A stretch of DNA of 64,000 nt from Pseudomonadota bacterium. GTDB lineage: Bacteria; Pseudomonadota; Alphaproteobacteria; Rhodobacterales; Rhodobacteraceae. Shown in pieces: positions 16,731 to 27,893 of the stretch. Location of the stretch: positions 1,160-65,159 of the forward strand of contig JBCBOR010000018.1 of assembly GCA_039821125.1 (NCBI GenBank), given 5' to 3'. The notes under the pieces are model-generated. The model searched no databases, was not told the DNA's origin, and was given only the letters and a program-made list of their open reading frames with translations. The position numbers and the translations under genes are program-made. Numbering within the stretch: the stretch's first letter is position 1; every line of letters begins with the position of its first letter.

Positions 16731-17672
16731 ATGTCCAAGAGAACGCTGCCACGTTTGCTGCAAGCCCCAGCGGTGATCCTGCTGCTGGTGTGGATGCTCG
16801 TTCCGCTCTCTATGACGCTATACTTTTCGTTCATTCGGTATGTGCTGAACAATCTGCGCAGGCCGGAATGGACCGAGCCAAGTCTGAGCAACTGGCGCGG
16901 TTTCGGCAATTACGAGTACGTGCTCTACAAAGCCAAGGATTTCTGGCTCGCGGTTTCGAACAGCCTGTTCGTCGTCGGATCGGTGATTGCACTGACAGTC
17001 ATTCTGGGGCTTGCGATTGCTGTGCTCGTCAACCGGTCTTTTCCCGGGCGCGGGATCGTACGGGTGCTTCTGATTTCTCCGTTCTTCGTGATGCCCGCGG
17101 TGAACGCTGTCCTCTGGATCAACATGATTTTGGATCCGGTTCTGGGTCTGCAGGGACTGGCCATCGCAGGTGTCAACGAGACAGTCGCGGGAATGAGGGG
17201 ATTGCCTGTCCTTGGCGCCTTCTTCTCGCTGTGGCCTGAGATCGAGCCGATCTCGTTTCGCGCGACGCAGACGTCTGCCTATGCGGTGATCATCATGGTC
17301 ACCTGGCAGTGGACGCCGTTCGCGGCTCTCATTTTCATGACATCGCTGCAATCCGAGGATCAGCAGCAAAAGGAGGCGGCGATCCTGGACGGCGCCAGCG
17401 CCTGGTCGCAGTTTCGAAATCTAACACTGCCGCACCTGGCGCGGCCGATCGCGATTGTCGTTATGCTTCAGGCGATCTTTCACCTGTCGCTGTATGCCGA
17501 GATCGAGATCGTCAGCCGCGGCAATGGCAACAAGAACCTCCCTTACCTGATCGGCGAGTTCGCTTCGAACAATATCGGTGCTGCCAGTGCGACCGGGATT
17601 TTTGCCGTGATCCTCGCCAACATCGTTGCGATCTTTCTGCTAAGGATGATCGGCAAGAGCCTGATGGATTGA
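16731..17672 (+). CDS. CUT1 sugar/polyol ABC transporter permease (SmoF-like)
   Basis: Six TM segments and an EAA-type loop region. Operon position after the SBP gene. Confidence 0.88.
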   Translation: MSKRTLPRLLQAPAVILLLVWMLVPLSMTLYFSFIRYVLNNLRRPEWTEPSLSNWRGFGNYEYVLYKAKDFWLAVSNSLFVVGSVIALTVILGLAIAVLVNRSFPGRGIVRVLLISPFFVMPAVNAVLWINMILDPVLGLQGLAIAGVNETVAGMRGLPVLGAFFSLWPEIEPISFRATQTSAYAVIIMVTWQWTPFAALIFMTSLQSEDQQQKEAAILDGASAWSQFRNLTLPHLARPIAIVVMLQAIFHLSLYAEIEIVSRGNGNKNLPYLIGEFASNNIGAASATGIFAVILANIVAIFLLRMIGKSLMD

Positions 17673-17676
17673 GAAC

Positions 17677-18513
17677 ATGGCCGCGGTCGCACAAACGTCG
17701 AGACTTGGCAGAATCCTCTGGCCTGTGCTGGCTTGGGTCATCGCGCTGCTCGTGTTCTTTCCGATCTTCTGGATGGTCTTCACAAGCTTCAAGACCGATG
17801 CTGATGCGGTGAAGCCCGAGCATTTGTTCCTGTTCGAGCCAACGCTCGACAACTATCTGAACATGACCGAGAACTACGACTACTGGCGCTTTGCGGCCAA
17901 CTCGGTCATCACGGCAACCTTCGCGACGCTGTTCACGCTGTTTGTCGGGGTCCCCGCCGCCTATGCAATGGCCTTCAATCCCAGTCGGCGCACCAAAGAC
18001 ATTCTGGTCTGGATGCTGTCCACGAAGATGCTGCCTGCTGCTGCGGTGCTGTACCCAATGACGTTCCTGACCAAGCAGGCTCTGAATATCTACGACACGC
18101 ATGTCCTTGTCGTGATCGTGCTGAGCCTTATCAACCTGCCGGTCGTGATCTGGATGCTGTTCACGTACTTCAAGGAGATCCCGAAAGAGATCATCGAAGC
18201 GGGCAAAATGGACGGGGTTTCGATCTGGGGCGAGATCCGCGAGATTGTCCTGCCTCTGGCCTGGGGCGGTCTCGCGTCGACCGCGCTGCTTTGTTTCATA
18301 TTCTGCTGGAACGAGGCGTACTGGACCGTTCGTCTGACGACCACCGAAGCGGCGACGCTGTCAAAACTGATCGAGGGCAATCGCGCACCTGAGGGGTTGT
18401 TCTTCGGACGCCTCTCTGCCGTCTCCACCGCCGCAGTCGGCCCGATCATCGTGCTCGGTTGGTTCTGTCAAAAGCAGCTCGTCCAAGGCCTGACCTTCGG
18501 GGCGGTTAAATGA
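17677..18513 (+). CDS. CUT1 sugar/polyol ABC transporter permease (SmoG-like)
   Basis: Membrane protein with an EAGKMDGVSIWGEIREIVLPL EAA loop. Starts 4 nt after the previous gene. Confidence 0.88.
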   Translation: MAAVAQTSRLGRILWPVLAWVIALLVFFPIFWMVFTSFKTDADAVKPEHLFLFEPTLDNYLNMTENYDYWRFAANSVITATFATLFTLFVGVPAAYAMAFNPSRRTKDILVWMLSTKMLPAAAVLYPMTFLTKQALNIYDTHVLVVIVLSLINLPVVIWMLFTYFKEIPKEIIEAGKMDGVSIWGEIREIVLPLAWGGLASTALLCFIFCWNEAYWTVRLTTTEAATLSKLIEGNRAPEGLFFGRLSAVSTAAVGPIIVLGWFCQKQLVQGLTFGAVK

Positions 18514-18547
18514 GCCTGTTGTTTGGCCCAGCGATCAGGGAACGCCT

Positions 18548-19447
18548 ATGTCGACCCTGACCCCGGAGATCGAGTTTGTTGACCGAGCGGCGGAGACCAT
18601 CCGGTATCTCGAGCACGGCTGGCCGACCAGCCTTTGCCGTTGGCACAGCCACGAGGACTATGAACTGCACTTGATTGTCGGAACCCGCGGCAAGGCATTC
18701 GTGGGCAACTACATCGGCGCATTCGGTCCGGGTGCCTTGTTTCTGATCGGACCCAATCTGCCGCACAACTGGATCACCGATCAGATCGGCGAGGCGAACC
18801 CGGTCCCGCTGCGCGACATGTTGGTCCAGTTCAATCAGGAGAACATCGATCGTCTCAAAACTGCGTTTCCCGAGTTCAGAGAGTTGGATGGTCTGTTGCA
18901 AAAATCCGTCGGCGGGATCGAGTTTGTGGGGTTTGATCCTCAACTTGCTCGACTGCATTTTGAAGCCATCCGCGACTCCTTCGGCGCAGAACGAATTCTC
19001 AGGTTTCTCAATCTCCTGCTGCTTGTGAGCGCGCATCCCGAACAGCGGCGATTGTCTGTCGAGACACATGCTTTCCCGACGGTTGCCCAGCGCAAGTCGG
19101 GGATCGCTGACGTAGTCGATCACATCGCGCTGAACTTCGCCGAGGAACTCTCGCTGGAGCAGGCCGCGTCAATCGCCCACATGAGCCCGACCGCGTTCTC
19201 GCGGAACTTTCAGAAGGTGACAGGCAGCCGCTTTACCGAGTTCGTCACCAAGGTACGGATCGGGCAGGCCTGCTCCATGCTCACGGCGACAGATCAAAAG
19301 ATCGCGACGATTTGCCATGAGGTTGGCTTCCGGAACCTTGCCAATTTCAATCGCCATTTCCTTAAGCTCAAGGATATGACGCCGTCTGCGTATCGTGACC
19401 TAACACGGTCAAAGCTTAGCCCTTCGAATGTGCATCAGTATGGGTGA
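18548..19447 (+). CDS. AraC-family transcriptional regulator (cupin sensor plus HTH)
   Basis: C-terminal AraC HTH (LSLEQAASIAHMSPTAFSRNFQKVTG...IATICHEVGFRNLANFNRHFLK). Embedded inside the polyol operon. Confidence 0.88.
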   Translation: MSTLTPEIEFVDRAAETIRYLEHGWPTSLCRWHSHEDYELHLIVGTRGKAFVGNYIGAFGPGALFLIGPNLPHNWITDQIGEANPVPLRDMLVQFNQENIDRLKTAFPEFRELDGLLQKSVGGIEFVGFDPQLARLHFEAIRDSFGAERILRFLNLLLLVSAHPEQRRLSVETHAFPTVAQRKSGIADVVDHIALNFAEELSLEQAASIAHMSPTAFSRNFQKVTGSRFTEFVTKVRIGQACSMLTATDQKIATICHEVGFRNLANFNRHFLKLKDMTPSAYRDLTRSKLSPSNVHQYG

Positions 19448-20849
19448 CGAGTTGCTTTTCCGGACTGCCTACGACCGCAACGGCTGCCAGATCGGGTGGG
19501 TTCATATCGGCTATGGCGCGTTTCACCGGGCCCATCAGGCCGTCTATCTCGATGACTACATGCAGAAGACCGGCGACCTTGGCTGGGGTGTTGCTGCTGT
19601 CAATCTGCGAGCGTCCGAATCCGATGTGTTTCAGACGGCGCAGACCGAAGAGGGCTATGTTCTGAAGTCCATCGCGCCGTCTGGTGACGAAGCGTATCGC
19701 CTGGTTCGATCGCATCTGATGTTTGTCGACGCGGCGCAGGATCTCGAGACTGCGCTGGCCCTGTTTGCCTGTCCATCCGTGCATGTCGTGTCCATGACGA
19801 TCACGGAAAGCGGCTATGCGTTTACGGATGACTGGCGGCTCGATCTGACCGCCGAAGCTGTTCAAGCCGATCGGGCACTACAGGCTCCCCGGACGATTTA
19901 CGGGTTTCTGGCCGCGGCGTTCGACCGCCGTGCGCGTGGATCTGGCGCGCCGCTAACGGTGCTCTGTTGCGACAACATCCGAAACAACGGACGATTGGTT
20001 GAAGAGGCGGTGCACGACTTCCTGCAGGCGGCGGGGCACACAGAGCTTGCGGGTTGGGTCCGGCAAAATGTGACGTTTCCCTGCTCGATGGTCGACCGGA
20101 TCACACCGCGCAGCAGCGACGCGCTGGTCTCGGAAGTTGCCGACAGGTTCCCGGATCATGCAGTAGCGCCGGTTCATGCCGAGGACTTTTCGCAATGGGT
20201 TCTGCAAGATCGCTTCGCAGGCCCGATGCCGGATCTCGCCAGGGTTGGCGTTCAGGTCGTGCCGAATGTAGAACCGTTCGAGGAAGCGAAGATCCGGATT
20301 CTGAACGGCGGTCACACCGCGCTCGCCTATTTCGCCGCACTGGCCGGTCACAAGACCTTCGATCAGGCGATGCACGACCCGCGGATCCGAACCCATTTCG
20401 ACCGCTGGGAGATGGCGGAAGTTCTGCCCGGCCTCAACGGGATCGTCCCGTTTGACACTGCCGATTACCTCTCGCAGATCGCTTGTCGGTTCGAGAACGC
20501 GGGGATCGCTGACCAGGTCGAGCGAATTTGCACCGACGGTTACGCGAAGATGGCGATCTACATCAGGCCTACCATGTCAGCCTGCCTGGATCAGGGGATC
20601 ACCCCCCGGGCCGGGTATGACTCTATAGCGGCCTGGGTCGTCTACGCGCGTAAGCACAAGGCCGGGAAGGCGCAGATTCCGTATCACGAACCTCTTTGGG
20701 ACAAGTTGAGTCCGCTGATCGAAAAGGGGCGTGAGCACGATCTCGCCGCGGACCGCCACCTTTGGGGCGATCTGCCCGTGCGCCATGACGGCTTCGTTCC
20801 GGGCGTTGTTGCGGCAATTCAGCAAATGGAAGATCAATGGCAGGGGTGA
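19440..20849 (+). CDS. Mannitol-dehydrogenase-family polyol dehydrogenase (D-arabinitol 4-dehydrogenase-like)
   Basis: N-terminal [20 protein letters not shown] long-chain mannitol DH signature. Start ATG 19440 overlaps the AraC gene end by 8 nt. Confidence 0.85.
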   Translation: MGDELLFRTAYDRNGCQIGWVHIGYGAFHRAHQAVYLDDYMQKTGDLGWGVAAVNLRASESDVFQTAQTEEGYVLKSIAPSGDEAYRLVRSHLMFVDAAQDLETALALFACPSVHVVSMTITESGYAFTDDWRLDLTAEAVQADRALQAPRTIYGFLAAAFDRRARGSGAPLTVLCCDNIRNNGRLVEEAVHDFLQAAGHTELAGWVRQNVTFPCSMVDRITPRSSDALVSEVADRFPDHAVAPVHAEDFSQWVLQDRFAGPMPDLARVGVQVVPNVEPFEEAKIRILNGGHTALAYFAALAGHKTFDQAMHDPRIRTHFDRWEMAEVLPGLNGIVPFDTADYLSQIACRFENAGIADQVERICTDGYAKMAIYIRPTMSACLDQGITPRAGYDSIAAWVVYARKHKAGKAQIPYHEPLWDKLSPLIEKGREHDLAADRHLWGDLPVRHDGFVPGVVAAIQQMEDQWQG

Positions 20850-21868
20850 AGCTTGAAAGCGTTGGCAAGTCCTATGGCACGACGCAGGTGATCGAGAGCA
20901 TCGATCTCGATATCACAGATGGCGAGTTCGTCGTCTTCGTTGGTCCCTCGGGCTGTGGCAAGTCCACGCTTCTGCGAATGATCGCTGGGCTCGAGGAGAT
21001 CTCAAGCGGCACGATCAGCATCGGTGGGCAGGTCGTGAACGAAGTTGCTCCTGCGAAGCGGGGCGTTGCGATGGTCTTCCAGACCTACGCGCTCTACCCG
21101 CACATGACGGTCTACAACAACATGGCGTTCGGCCTGAAACAGGCTCGGCTGCCGAAAGACGACATCGACCGGCGGGTCAAGGCGGCGGCCCAGAGCCTCG
21201 AGATCACCTCGTTTCTCGACCGGACGCCGCGCGCGCTGTCTGGCGGACAACGCCAGCGTGTCGCGATCGGGCGCGCCATCGTCCGCGAGCCTGAAGTGTT
21301 CTTGTTCGACGAGCCGCTGTCGAACCTCGACGCTGCACTACGGGTCCAGACACGGATCGAGATCGCACGCCTGCACGAACGGTTGGGCACGACGATGATC
21401 TATGTGACCCATGATCAGGTCGAGGCAATGACGCTGGCCGACAAGATCGTCGTGCTGAACGGCGGTGATGTCGAACAGGTCGGCTCGCCGGTGGAACTGT
21501 ACGAGACCCCCCGCAACATGTTCGTCGCTCAGTTCATTGGCAGCCCGAAGATGAACTTCTTTGGCCAACAGGACCTCACGGAACGGGGTGCTGAGGTGCT
21601 GACGGCGCCCACGCATGTCGTCGGTATCCGGCCGGAACACTTGCTGCCGGCTGATCCGAGCGACGTGTTGCTGACGGCAACACCTGATCTGATCGAAAAC
21701 CTTGGCGAGTACGCGCTGATTCATTGCAAGACGGACGCAGGCACTGAGTTCATTGCAAAATCCTCGGATCCGTCTCTGTTCAGCAAGGGCGAGATGATTG
21801 GCCTCTCTGCGCCATCCACCCGGTTGTGCTGCTTCAACCCAGAAACCGGGCTCCGGCTTGGGCGTTAG
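20837..21868 (+). CDS. Sugar/polyol ABC transporter ATP-binding protein (MalK/UgpC/SmoK type)
   Basis: Walker [10 protein letters not shown], signature [14 protein letters not shown], Walker [12 protein letters not shown], and a C-terminal TOBE-like domain. Confidence 0.92.
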   Translation: MAGVKLESVGKSYGTTQVIESIDLDITDGEFVVFVGPSGCGKSTLLRMIAGLEEISSGTISIGGQVVNEVAPAKRGVAMVFQTYALYPHMTVYNNMAFGLKQARLPKDDIDRRVKAAAQSLEITSFLDRTPRALSGGQRQRVAIGRAIVREPEVFLFDEPLSNLDAALRVQTRIEIARLHERLGTTMIYVTHDQVEAMTLADKIVVLNGGDVEQVGSPVELYETPRNMFVAQFIGSPKMNFFGQQDLTERGAEVLTAPTHVVGIRPEHLLPADPSDVLLTATPDLIENLGEYALIHCKTDAGTEFIAKSSDPSLFSKGEMIGLSAPSTRLCCFNPETGLRLGR

Positions 21869-21912
21869 GGCTTTTGGGAAGTACGATTGTTGCCGCGCCG
21901 GAGCGGCGTACC

Positions 21913-23238
21913 TTACCGGATCCAGTGTTCGATCAACGTCCGAAGAGGGACCTTGGCGCGTAACCTGTCAGCCAGCAGGAACATCCCGCCGAACTTGCGT
22001 TGCAGGAACAGGGCGTCCATCGGCACCGGGGGCGGTACGAAATTGTCCCGCGCAAGTTCTGCCCCTGCCCGGTTCAGCTTCTCTGTGAGAGTACGATCAC
22101 TGAAGTCGAAATCCTGTCCGGTGCGTGCCGCAGCAAAGACCGTCTCGATCATCTCCAGAACCGCGTCGCGATGGCGAGGCAAAGTGTCTGGCGCGATAAA
22201 ACCAATCTCGAGCACAACATCCAGCAATTCGGTACGATCCGCGGACAATCCTGCCCGGAACAGGCGGCGGTACTGGTCGCAGATCTGCGGCGGCAACCTG
22301 CGCGTTGCGCCGAAATCCAGCAGGACAATGCTACCGGTCTCGGGATCGAAACGATAGTTTGCGAAGTTCGGATCCGTCTGCATGAGCCCGAACTCAAAGA
22401 GCTCACGAAACAACAGATTAAGCATCCGGTCGGCGATCTGGTTGCGATGCGTCTGGTCCAGATCCGCCGCCTCCTCGATCGGGCGCGAGGGCACATAGGA
22501 CATCGCCAGAACATGCGGTGTCGTGAAATCCTCGTAGAGTTCGGGAAGCGTGAAGCCGTCCTGGCCCGCCAAAAGCTGTCCGAACTCGGCAAGGCAAGCG
22601 CCCTCGCGCTGATAATTGGCCTCATCGTGAAGCTGTCGGCAGGCTTCCTCGAGGTATGGATCTAGATCGAAGCCGCGCGGCACGAGGCCCGAAACCTTGA
22701 TCAGTGCCCCGACATTCGCAACATCGCTGTCAATGCTGCGGGCAACGCCAGGATATTGGACTTTGATGGCCATGTCCCGCCCGTCGCGGGTCTCGGCCCG
22801 ATGCACCTGACCGATCGAGGCCGCAGCGATGGGTGTGACATCGAACGCTTTGAAACGGCGGAGCCAGTCGTTGCCCCACTCGCGGTTCAGCACCGTCTTC
22901 AGCTGTTTCGGTGGCATGTGGTCTGCATCGGCCCGCAACCGGGACATGATCTCGCTCAGCTCCGGCGGCAGTACATCACCGGTGTCCATCGAGATCAGCT
23001 GGCCCAGCTTCATCGCCGCCCCGCGCATGCGCGCGAGTTCATCGGTGATCCTGCGCACATTCCCCGGAGTAAGGAGCAGGTCCTGGAACCCGACCCGGCG
23101 CCCCTGCGCCAGCTCACGCAGTCCGTTCACAGCCATGTTGCCAGCAACACCCGAGGCCATCGACCCAAGGGTGGTCAAACGGGCCATCCGCCCGGATGGG
23201 ATACGCCGGGCTCGAGAACGGGAACTGAAATCGGTCAC
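21913..23238 (-). CDS. ABC1/UbiB(AarF)-family atypical protein kinase
   Basis: FDVTPIAAASIGQVHRA and the ABC1-family kinase core. 441 aa. Confidence 0.85.
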   Translation of the reverse strand: MTDFSSRSRARRIPSGRMARLTTLGSMASGVAGNMAVNGLRELAQGRRVGFQDLLLTPGNVRRITDELARMRGAAMKLGQLISMDTGDVLPPELSEIMSRLRADADHMPPKQLKTVLNREWGNDWLRRFKAFDVTPIAAASIGQVHRAETRDGRDMAIKVQYPGVARSIDSDVANVGALIKVSGLVPRGFDLDPYLEEACRQLHDEANYQREGACLAEFGQLLAGQDGFTLPELYEDFTTPHVLAMSYVPSRPIEEAADLDQTHRNQIADRMLNLLFRELFEFGLMQTDPNFANYRFDPETGSIVLLDFGATRRLPPQICDQYRRLFRAGLSADRTELLDVVLEIGFIAPDTLPRHRDAVLEMIETVFAAARTGQDFDFSDRTLTEKLNRAGAELARDNFVPPPVPMDALFLQRKFGGMFLLADRLRAKVPLRTLIEHWIR

Positions 23239-23353
23239 GATATTTGCGTTTCTTTGCGCGGATTTAAGAGCAGTTGCACGATCCGATCACCCGAAACGAG
23301 GGTCGGTATGGGCTCACTGATTGGATAACGAGATGTAGTGTTTTTTTGGTGTA

Positions 23354-24964
23354 TCAAGCTCGCGCCGCGTTGAAATGCTTTACGCGGGGCGCCGTGTCCG
23401 CAGCCAGGGACTTCGCGATTTCTGACTGTAAAGTTTGATCGGCGTGGCTGACGCGGCTGTGTTGCCGCAGGTGATCGAGCCACGACGCCTCCCACCACGT
23501 CTCGATAAACTCGTTTGGATCTGCAGCATCGCGCATCAGCGACCAACGGTATCCTCCGCCGCGCCGCCTGCTGGTGGAAAGGTGCTGCATGAGAAGCAAG
23601 AATTGCTCGGCTTTGGATGGCTCGACTGTATAGGCAATCTGGATCATCACCGGGCCATCCGGCATGTGGTCGTTTGCAACCACCGGTTCGGGCCAGTGCA
23701 TCGACGGTGTGAGGTCCAGTTTGGCACCTTGTTGCAGATGAGCTTTGCGGACCAAAGGGATGGCGCTGACCGCGCCGATCCCCGCCACCAACAGAGCCAT
23801 GGGGATACCCCAGAGCGATGCCACCTGACCCCATGCAAGGCTGCCCAGTGACATTGCTCCGAAGAACACCGTCAGAAAAACCGATAGTCCGCGCGCTCGC
23901 ACCCAATCTGGCAAGGCCGTCTGCGCGGAGACATTCAGACTGGACAGAACCGCGATCCACGACAGACCCGCCAGCGCCGAGGCAGCGATTGCGATGCCTT
24001 GGCTTGGGACCGTGGCCATCAGAACCATCACCAGCGCGGTCCCGACGGTGCCTGCTGCAACGATTCCGTCGGCGTTCAGCCTTGCCTTGATCCTGGGCAA
24101 CAGCAAGGCCCCGCCCACGGCCCCCGCACCGACGGCGCCCATCAACAGGCCATAAAGGGTTGGGCCACCCGCGAGCACCTGGCGCGCGATCAGCGGCAAC
24201 ATCGCCCAGAACGCACTGGCGAAGACGAAGAATGCCGCGGCACGAACAAGGGTCGCCTTCAGTGCCGGACTGTTCCACGCATAGCGCAGTCCAGCCCGGA
24301 TCGCGCCGCCGACATGTTCGGGGGGCAAGCCGGTCGGCACTTTGGCCTCAGGGCGCCACCACCAGAGCGCGGCGACGATCCCAATCACGCTGAGCGCATT
24401 CACGAGAAACGGCGCGGCCAGTCCGACCGCCACGATCAGCATACCGGCCAGCGCCGGTCCAATCGCTCGGCTGACATTGATGCCCATCGAGTTGAGTGCA
24501 ATGGCTGAGGATAGCTCGGCCCGCGGCACCAGTTTGGGTACGATGGCCTGCCAGGTCGGTGCGATGAATGCCGCCCCGGTGCCGAAGAGGAAGGTGAACA
24601 ACAGCAGCACCCAGGGCGTCAGCAGATCGAGATGCACCAGTGCTGCCATCGCCAGCGCTGCCAGCCCCATCCCGGCATTCACCCAGATTAGCAGACGGCG
24701 CCGGTCGACGATATCCGCAACTGCGCCTGCCAGCAGGGCGAACAGGAAGATCGGCAGAGTTGTTGCCGCCTGAACCGCTGCCACCATGATGGGTGAGGGT
24801 GCCAGTTCGGTCATCAGCCAGCCGGCACCGACATCGTGCATCCAGGTTCCGATGTTCGATGCGACCGTCGCGACCCACAGGATTGCAAAGGCCCGGTGCT
24901 GGAACGGAGCCATCGGGCCCACTGGTGCGGGCGCAGTTTCAACAGATGTTGCAGCGTCTTTCAT
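23354..24964 (-). CDS. MFS transporter (EntS/MFS_3-like, 12 TM) with a ~130-aa C-terminal soluble extension
   Basis: N-terminal FQHRAFAILWVATVASNIGTWMHDVGAGWLM and AGAVADIVDRRRLL. Start set at ATG 24964 (MKDAATS). The C-terminal tail VMIQIAYTVEPSKAEQF...FIETWWEASWLDHLRQH looks like a ferredoxin-like (ABM/Dabb-type) fold, which is a guess. Confidence 0.8.
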   Translation of the reverse strand: MKDAATSVETAPAPVGPMAPFQHRAFAILWVATVASNIGTWMHDVGAGWLMTELAPSPIMVAAVQAATTLPIFLFALLAGAVADIVDRRRLLIWVNAGMGLAALAMAALVHLDLLTPWVLLLFTFLFGTGAAFIAPTWQAIVPKLVPRAELSSAIALNSMGINVSRAIGPALAGMLIVAVGLAAPFLVNALSVIGIVAALWWWRPEAKVPTGLPPEHVGGAIRAGLRYAWNSPALKATLVRAAAFFVFASAFWAMLPLIARQVLAGGPTLYGLLMGAVGAGAVGGALLLPRIKARLNADGIVAAGTVGTALVMVLMATVPSQGIAIAASALAGLSWIAVLSSLNVSAQTALPDWVRARGLSVFLTVFFGAMSLGSLAWGQVASLWGIPMALLVAGIGAVSAIPLVRKAHLQQGAKLDLTPSMHWPEPVVANDHMPDGPVMIQIAYTVEPSKAEQFLLLMQHLSTSRRRGGGYRWSLMRDAADPNEFIETWWEASWLDHLRQHSRVSHADQTLQSEIAKSLAADTAPRVKHFNAARA

Positions 24965-24995
24965 CTGGCTCACTCCGGGATGACGTCGACCTGGA

Positions 24996-25856
24996 TCAGT
25001 TTTCTGAGGGGTGTGTGGTGACGGGTGCGATCCGTGACGCAACAGTGATCGCCATACCTGGGCGCAGGACTGCACCCGGGTTTTTGATTGGCGTGCGCAC
25101 GGTGATTGTGCCGTCGGTGGGATCAACCTCGGCCGAGGTGTGATCAGGCTTTGCGCGATAGGGATACGGTGCGCCTCCGGGCAAGGTCAACGTGATCTCG
25201 ATCCTGTCGAAAAGCGCATCCACAGTGTCTGCTCCGCGGGCAGACATGGTCGCAAGACGCGTCCCATACGGCACTTTGTAGGCGACCATCACGGGATCGA
25301 GCGCCACGATCCTGGCCAACGCCGCCCCGGACTCTGCTTCTAGAAATGCGCCCACGGCGGTAAGCGGAGGACCGACATACCCCGCAATCGGCGCGCGGAT
25401 GGTCGTGCGTTCGAGCGCGAGGAGTGCGATGCGCCGTTCGGCCTCCGCCAGCGCGACCGCGGCCTCGGCGGCAGCCTTGGCAGTTCGGACAGGGCCGACC
25501 ACAGCATCGGGCGAAAAGCCTCGTGCAGCGAGCCGTTCCTGCCTTGCGGCCTCCCGAGTCGCGCCTTCGAGTTCTGCCTGTGCGGCAGCCAGATTTGCGT
25601 CCGCCACGGCCAATGCAAGCTCTTGGTCGGCACGATCAAGCAGGATCATCGGCTGACCCGCGCTGACCTGATCCCCTGAAGTGAACAGGATCTCTGCGAC
25701 CACACCGTCGAGGCGGCTCGAGAGCTCCGCCCTCTGGAGCGCCTCGACCCGGCCTTCAAAGATCAGTGTCTCGCCGACCGGCGCCTCAGCCTGCGCTGTC
25801 CGGGACACTGCTGCGGCACATATCAGGAAGACGGTGACAAGGAGGCGTGGTCTCAT
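24996..25856 (-). CDS. HlyD/RND-adaptor-family periplasmic membrane-fusion protein (short form)
   Basis: Signal/anchor MRPRLLVTVFLICAAAVS. Lipoyl-like segment GRVEALQRAELSSRLDGVV, a coiled-coil Ala/Glu-rich hairpin, then TTIRAPIAGYVG. Start moved to ATG 25856. Confidence 0.8.
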   Translation of the reverse strand: MRPRLLVTVFLICAAAVSRTAQAEAPVGETLIFEGRVEALQRAELSSRLDGVVAEILFTSGDQVSAGQPMILLDRADQELALAVADANLAAAQAELEGATREAARQERLAARGFSPDAVVGPVRTAKAAAEAAVALAEAERRIALLALERTTIRAPIAGYVGPPLTAVGAFLEAESGAALARIVALDPVMVAYKVPYGTRLATMSARGADTVDALFDRIEITLTLPGGAPYPYRAKPDHTSAEVDPTDGTITVRTPIKNPGAVLRPGMAITVASRIAPVTTHPSEN

Positions 25857-26101
25857 CCGTCCCGCTCCTTTGGTTCGCTCGCCGCGGTGGCAAACGCCTT
25901 GCCGTCCAGGCAATGAGAGGCAACGTCCCGCAAGGTCATCTGACTTTTGGCCCAGGACATCAGGCTCTCGCCCGCAAGCATGCCCAACAGGCCAAGCAGC
26001 GCGATGATCGGCGGCGCGGGCGAGCGTGTATTGAGCAGTGCATAGATCCCGCCGACCACCAGACCGATCGCAAGCGAGAGAGCACAAGGTTTCCAGTCCA
26101 A
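25853..26101 (-). CDS. XapX-domain (DUF1427) small membrane protein
   Basis: LSLAIGLVVGGIYALLNTRSPAPPIIALLGLLGMLAGE matches the conserved XapX core. ATGA overlap with the adaptor gene. Confidence 0.7.
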   Translation of the reverse strand: MDWKPCALSLAIGLVVGGIYALLNTRSPAPPIIALLGLLGMLAGESLMSWAKSQMTLRDVASHCLDGKAFATAASEPKERDG

Positions 26102-26112
26102 CGGATCCTCCC

Positions 26113-27834
26113 TCAGGCAGCGGTTGCAGTGTGCTGGTGGGGCATTGCCCCCGGTGCACCAAAAATCGGGATAGGCGACCAGTCCGGCAATTCGGGCAGT
26201 GGCGCGGGGGCGTACGGAGCAAAGGGGCCCTTGGCGTGGACGACCTTGCCGCCCGAGAGCGTCAGGTCTGATGTGATCTCGGTGATCTCATCCTCGGGCA
26301 CCGCGAAGTAATCGCGGTCGAGAACTGCAAGATCGGCAAACTGACCTGGTGTGAGCTGGCCCTTGACGCCTTGCTCTCGGCTGAACCACGCCCCTGCGGC
26401 AGTCCAATGGCGCAGTGCATCGTCGCGATCCAGCCGGTTCGCGGCCGACCAGATCTGATCGCCGCCGCGCCCTTTGCCGGAAACCGCCCAGTGGACCGCG
26501 AGCCAGGGGTTGTAGGAAGACACCCGGGTCGCATCGGTTCCGGCGGCCAGCGGCATGCCCGAAGCCATCATCTTCTTGACCGGCATCACTTCGCGCAGTG
26601 CCGCCTCGCCATAGCGATCCCGGTAAGCCGCGGTCTGAAATGCGATGCGGTTCTGGTAGGAGATCCCGCCGCCAAGACGCGCGACCCGCTCCATCGTGGC
26701 CTCGCTGATCGTCTCGCCATGATCGAAGATCCAGTTCAGCTCCTCCAGCCCCTTGTCGTGCCCGACATCTTCCAGCACGCGGAGCAACCGGTGGGCGCTT
26801 TCCTCATAGGTGCAGTGGAAACGGATCGGCCAGCGGTTTTCGAGCAGGAACGCGAGCACCGGCTTGAGATCGCCTTCCATTCGCTTCGGTAGGTCGGGCC
26901 GGGGGTAGGAGAAGTCCTCGAAATCATAGGCCGAGGCGACCAGCATCTCGCCCGCGCCAATGCATTTGAGATAGTCGTTCCCCTGATCCGGTTTGACGAT
27001 GTCATGCCAGTGTTTGAAATCATCCAGTTCGAACAGGGGCCGCTGTGCGAACAGTTGATAGCCGATGCGCACGGTCTGCTCGCCGCGTCGGTTCAGCTCG
27101 GTGATCACGCCGTAGTCGTCCGGGTAGTTCAGGAACCCGCCCGCGCAGTCCAAGGCCGAGGTCAAACCCAGCCCGTTCAGCGCCCGGAAATAGTGCTTGG
27201 TCGACAGGATCTGCTGTTCGAAGTCCAGCTTCGGCGCCATGTCCAGCAGCGCGTAGAGCGGCTGCGCATTGGGTCGTGCCAGCGCCAGGCCGGTCGGGTT
27301 GCCCTGATGGTCACGCTCCAGACGACCGGAGACAAAGGGCTCGTAGAAATGCTTGTCGATCCCCAGCGCGCGCAGCGCCGCCTTGTTCAGCCAGCACCGG
27401 TCATAGAGGTGCAGCACATAGACCGGCACATCAGGGGCAACGGCGTTGATTTCGTCAATCGTTGGCAGGCGCTTTTCGGCAAACTGATCCACTGACCAGC
27501 CGCCAACCACCCGGATCCACTGGCCCGCAGGGGTGCGCTGCGCTTGAGCCTTCAACATCGCCAAACCGTCGGCCAGCGAAGGCACGTGATCCCAGCGCAG
27601 TTCCATGGCGAAATTGTTGCCCTGCCGGATGATGTGGGTGTGGCTGTCGATCAGGCCGGGGATCACCCGGGCGCCGCCAAGATCGACGGTCTTGGCCGAT
27701 CCGGCCTCCGACATCAGATCAGCGGTACGACCGATCGCGCTGATCACACCATCGGTGATCGCAACCGCTTCAACCTCGGGCTGGTCCTGATCGAAGGTTG
27801 TGATCTTGCCGTTGTAGAGAATTTTGTCTGGCAT
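26113..27834 (-). CDS. Amidohydrolase-3-family metal-dependent hydrolase (cytoplasmic paralogue)
   Basis: VIPGLIDSHTHII metal-binding HxH and C-terminal GTDATRVSSYNPW. No signal peptide. Confidence 0.85.
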   Translation of the reverse strand: MPDKILYNGKITTFDQDQPEVEAVAITDGVISAIGRTADLMSEAGSAKTVDLGGARVIPGLIDSHTHIIRQGNNFAMELRWDHVPSLADGLAMLKAQAQRTPAGQWIRVVGGWSVDQFAEKRLPTIDEINAVAPDVPVYVLHLYDRCWLNKAALRALGIDKHFYEPFVSGRLERDHQGNPTGLALARPNAQPLYALLDMAPKLDFEQQILSTKHYFRALNGLGLTSALDCAGGFLNYPDDYGVITELNRRGEQTVRIGYQLFAQRPLFELDDFKHWHDIVKPDQGNDYLKCIGAGEMLVASAYDFEDFSYPRPDLPKRMEGDLKPVLAFLLENRWPIRFHCTYEESAHRLLRVLEDVGHDKGLEELNWIFDHGETISEATMERVARLGGGISYQNRIAFQTAAYRDRYGEAALREVMPVKKMMASGMPLAAGTDATRVSSYNPWLAVHWAVSGKGRGGDQIWSAANRLDRDDALRHWTAAGAWFSREQGVKGQLTPGQFADLAVLDRDYFAVPEDEITEITSDLTLSGGKVVHAKGPFAPYAPAPLPELPDWSPIPIFGAPGAMPHQHTATAA

Positions 27835-27893
27835 CGGATGATCCTCTCTGTCGGGGAGAGGCGATCGAGCGCCCCTCTTTTCAGGTCAGCGGC

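Noticed and set aside
24996-26222. Long N-terminal extensions in the track ORFs. Examples are the 408-aa version of the HlyD adaptor, 27894..29930, 42226..43374, 35504..36595, 23354..25126 and 10018..10647.
   Set aside because: The extensions are Arg/Pro-rich and overlap upstream genes. In each case an internal ATG gives a canonical N-terminus (signal peptide, Tat motif or family-typical start), often with an RBS or an ATGA overlap.
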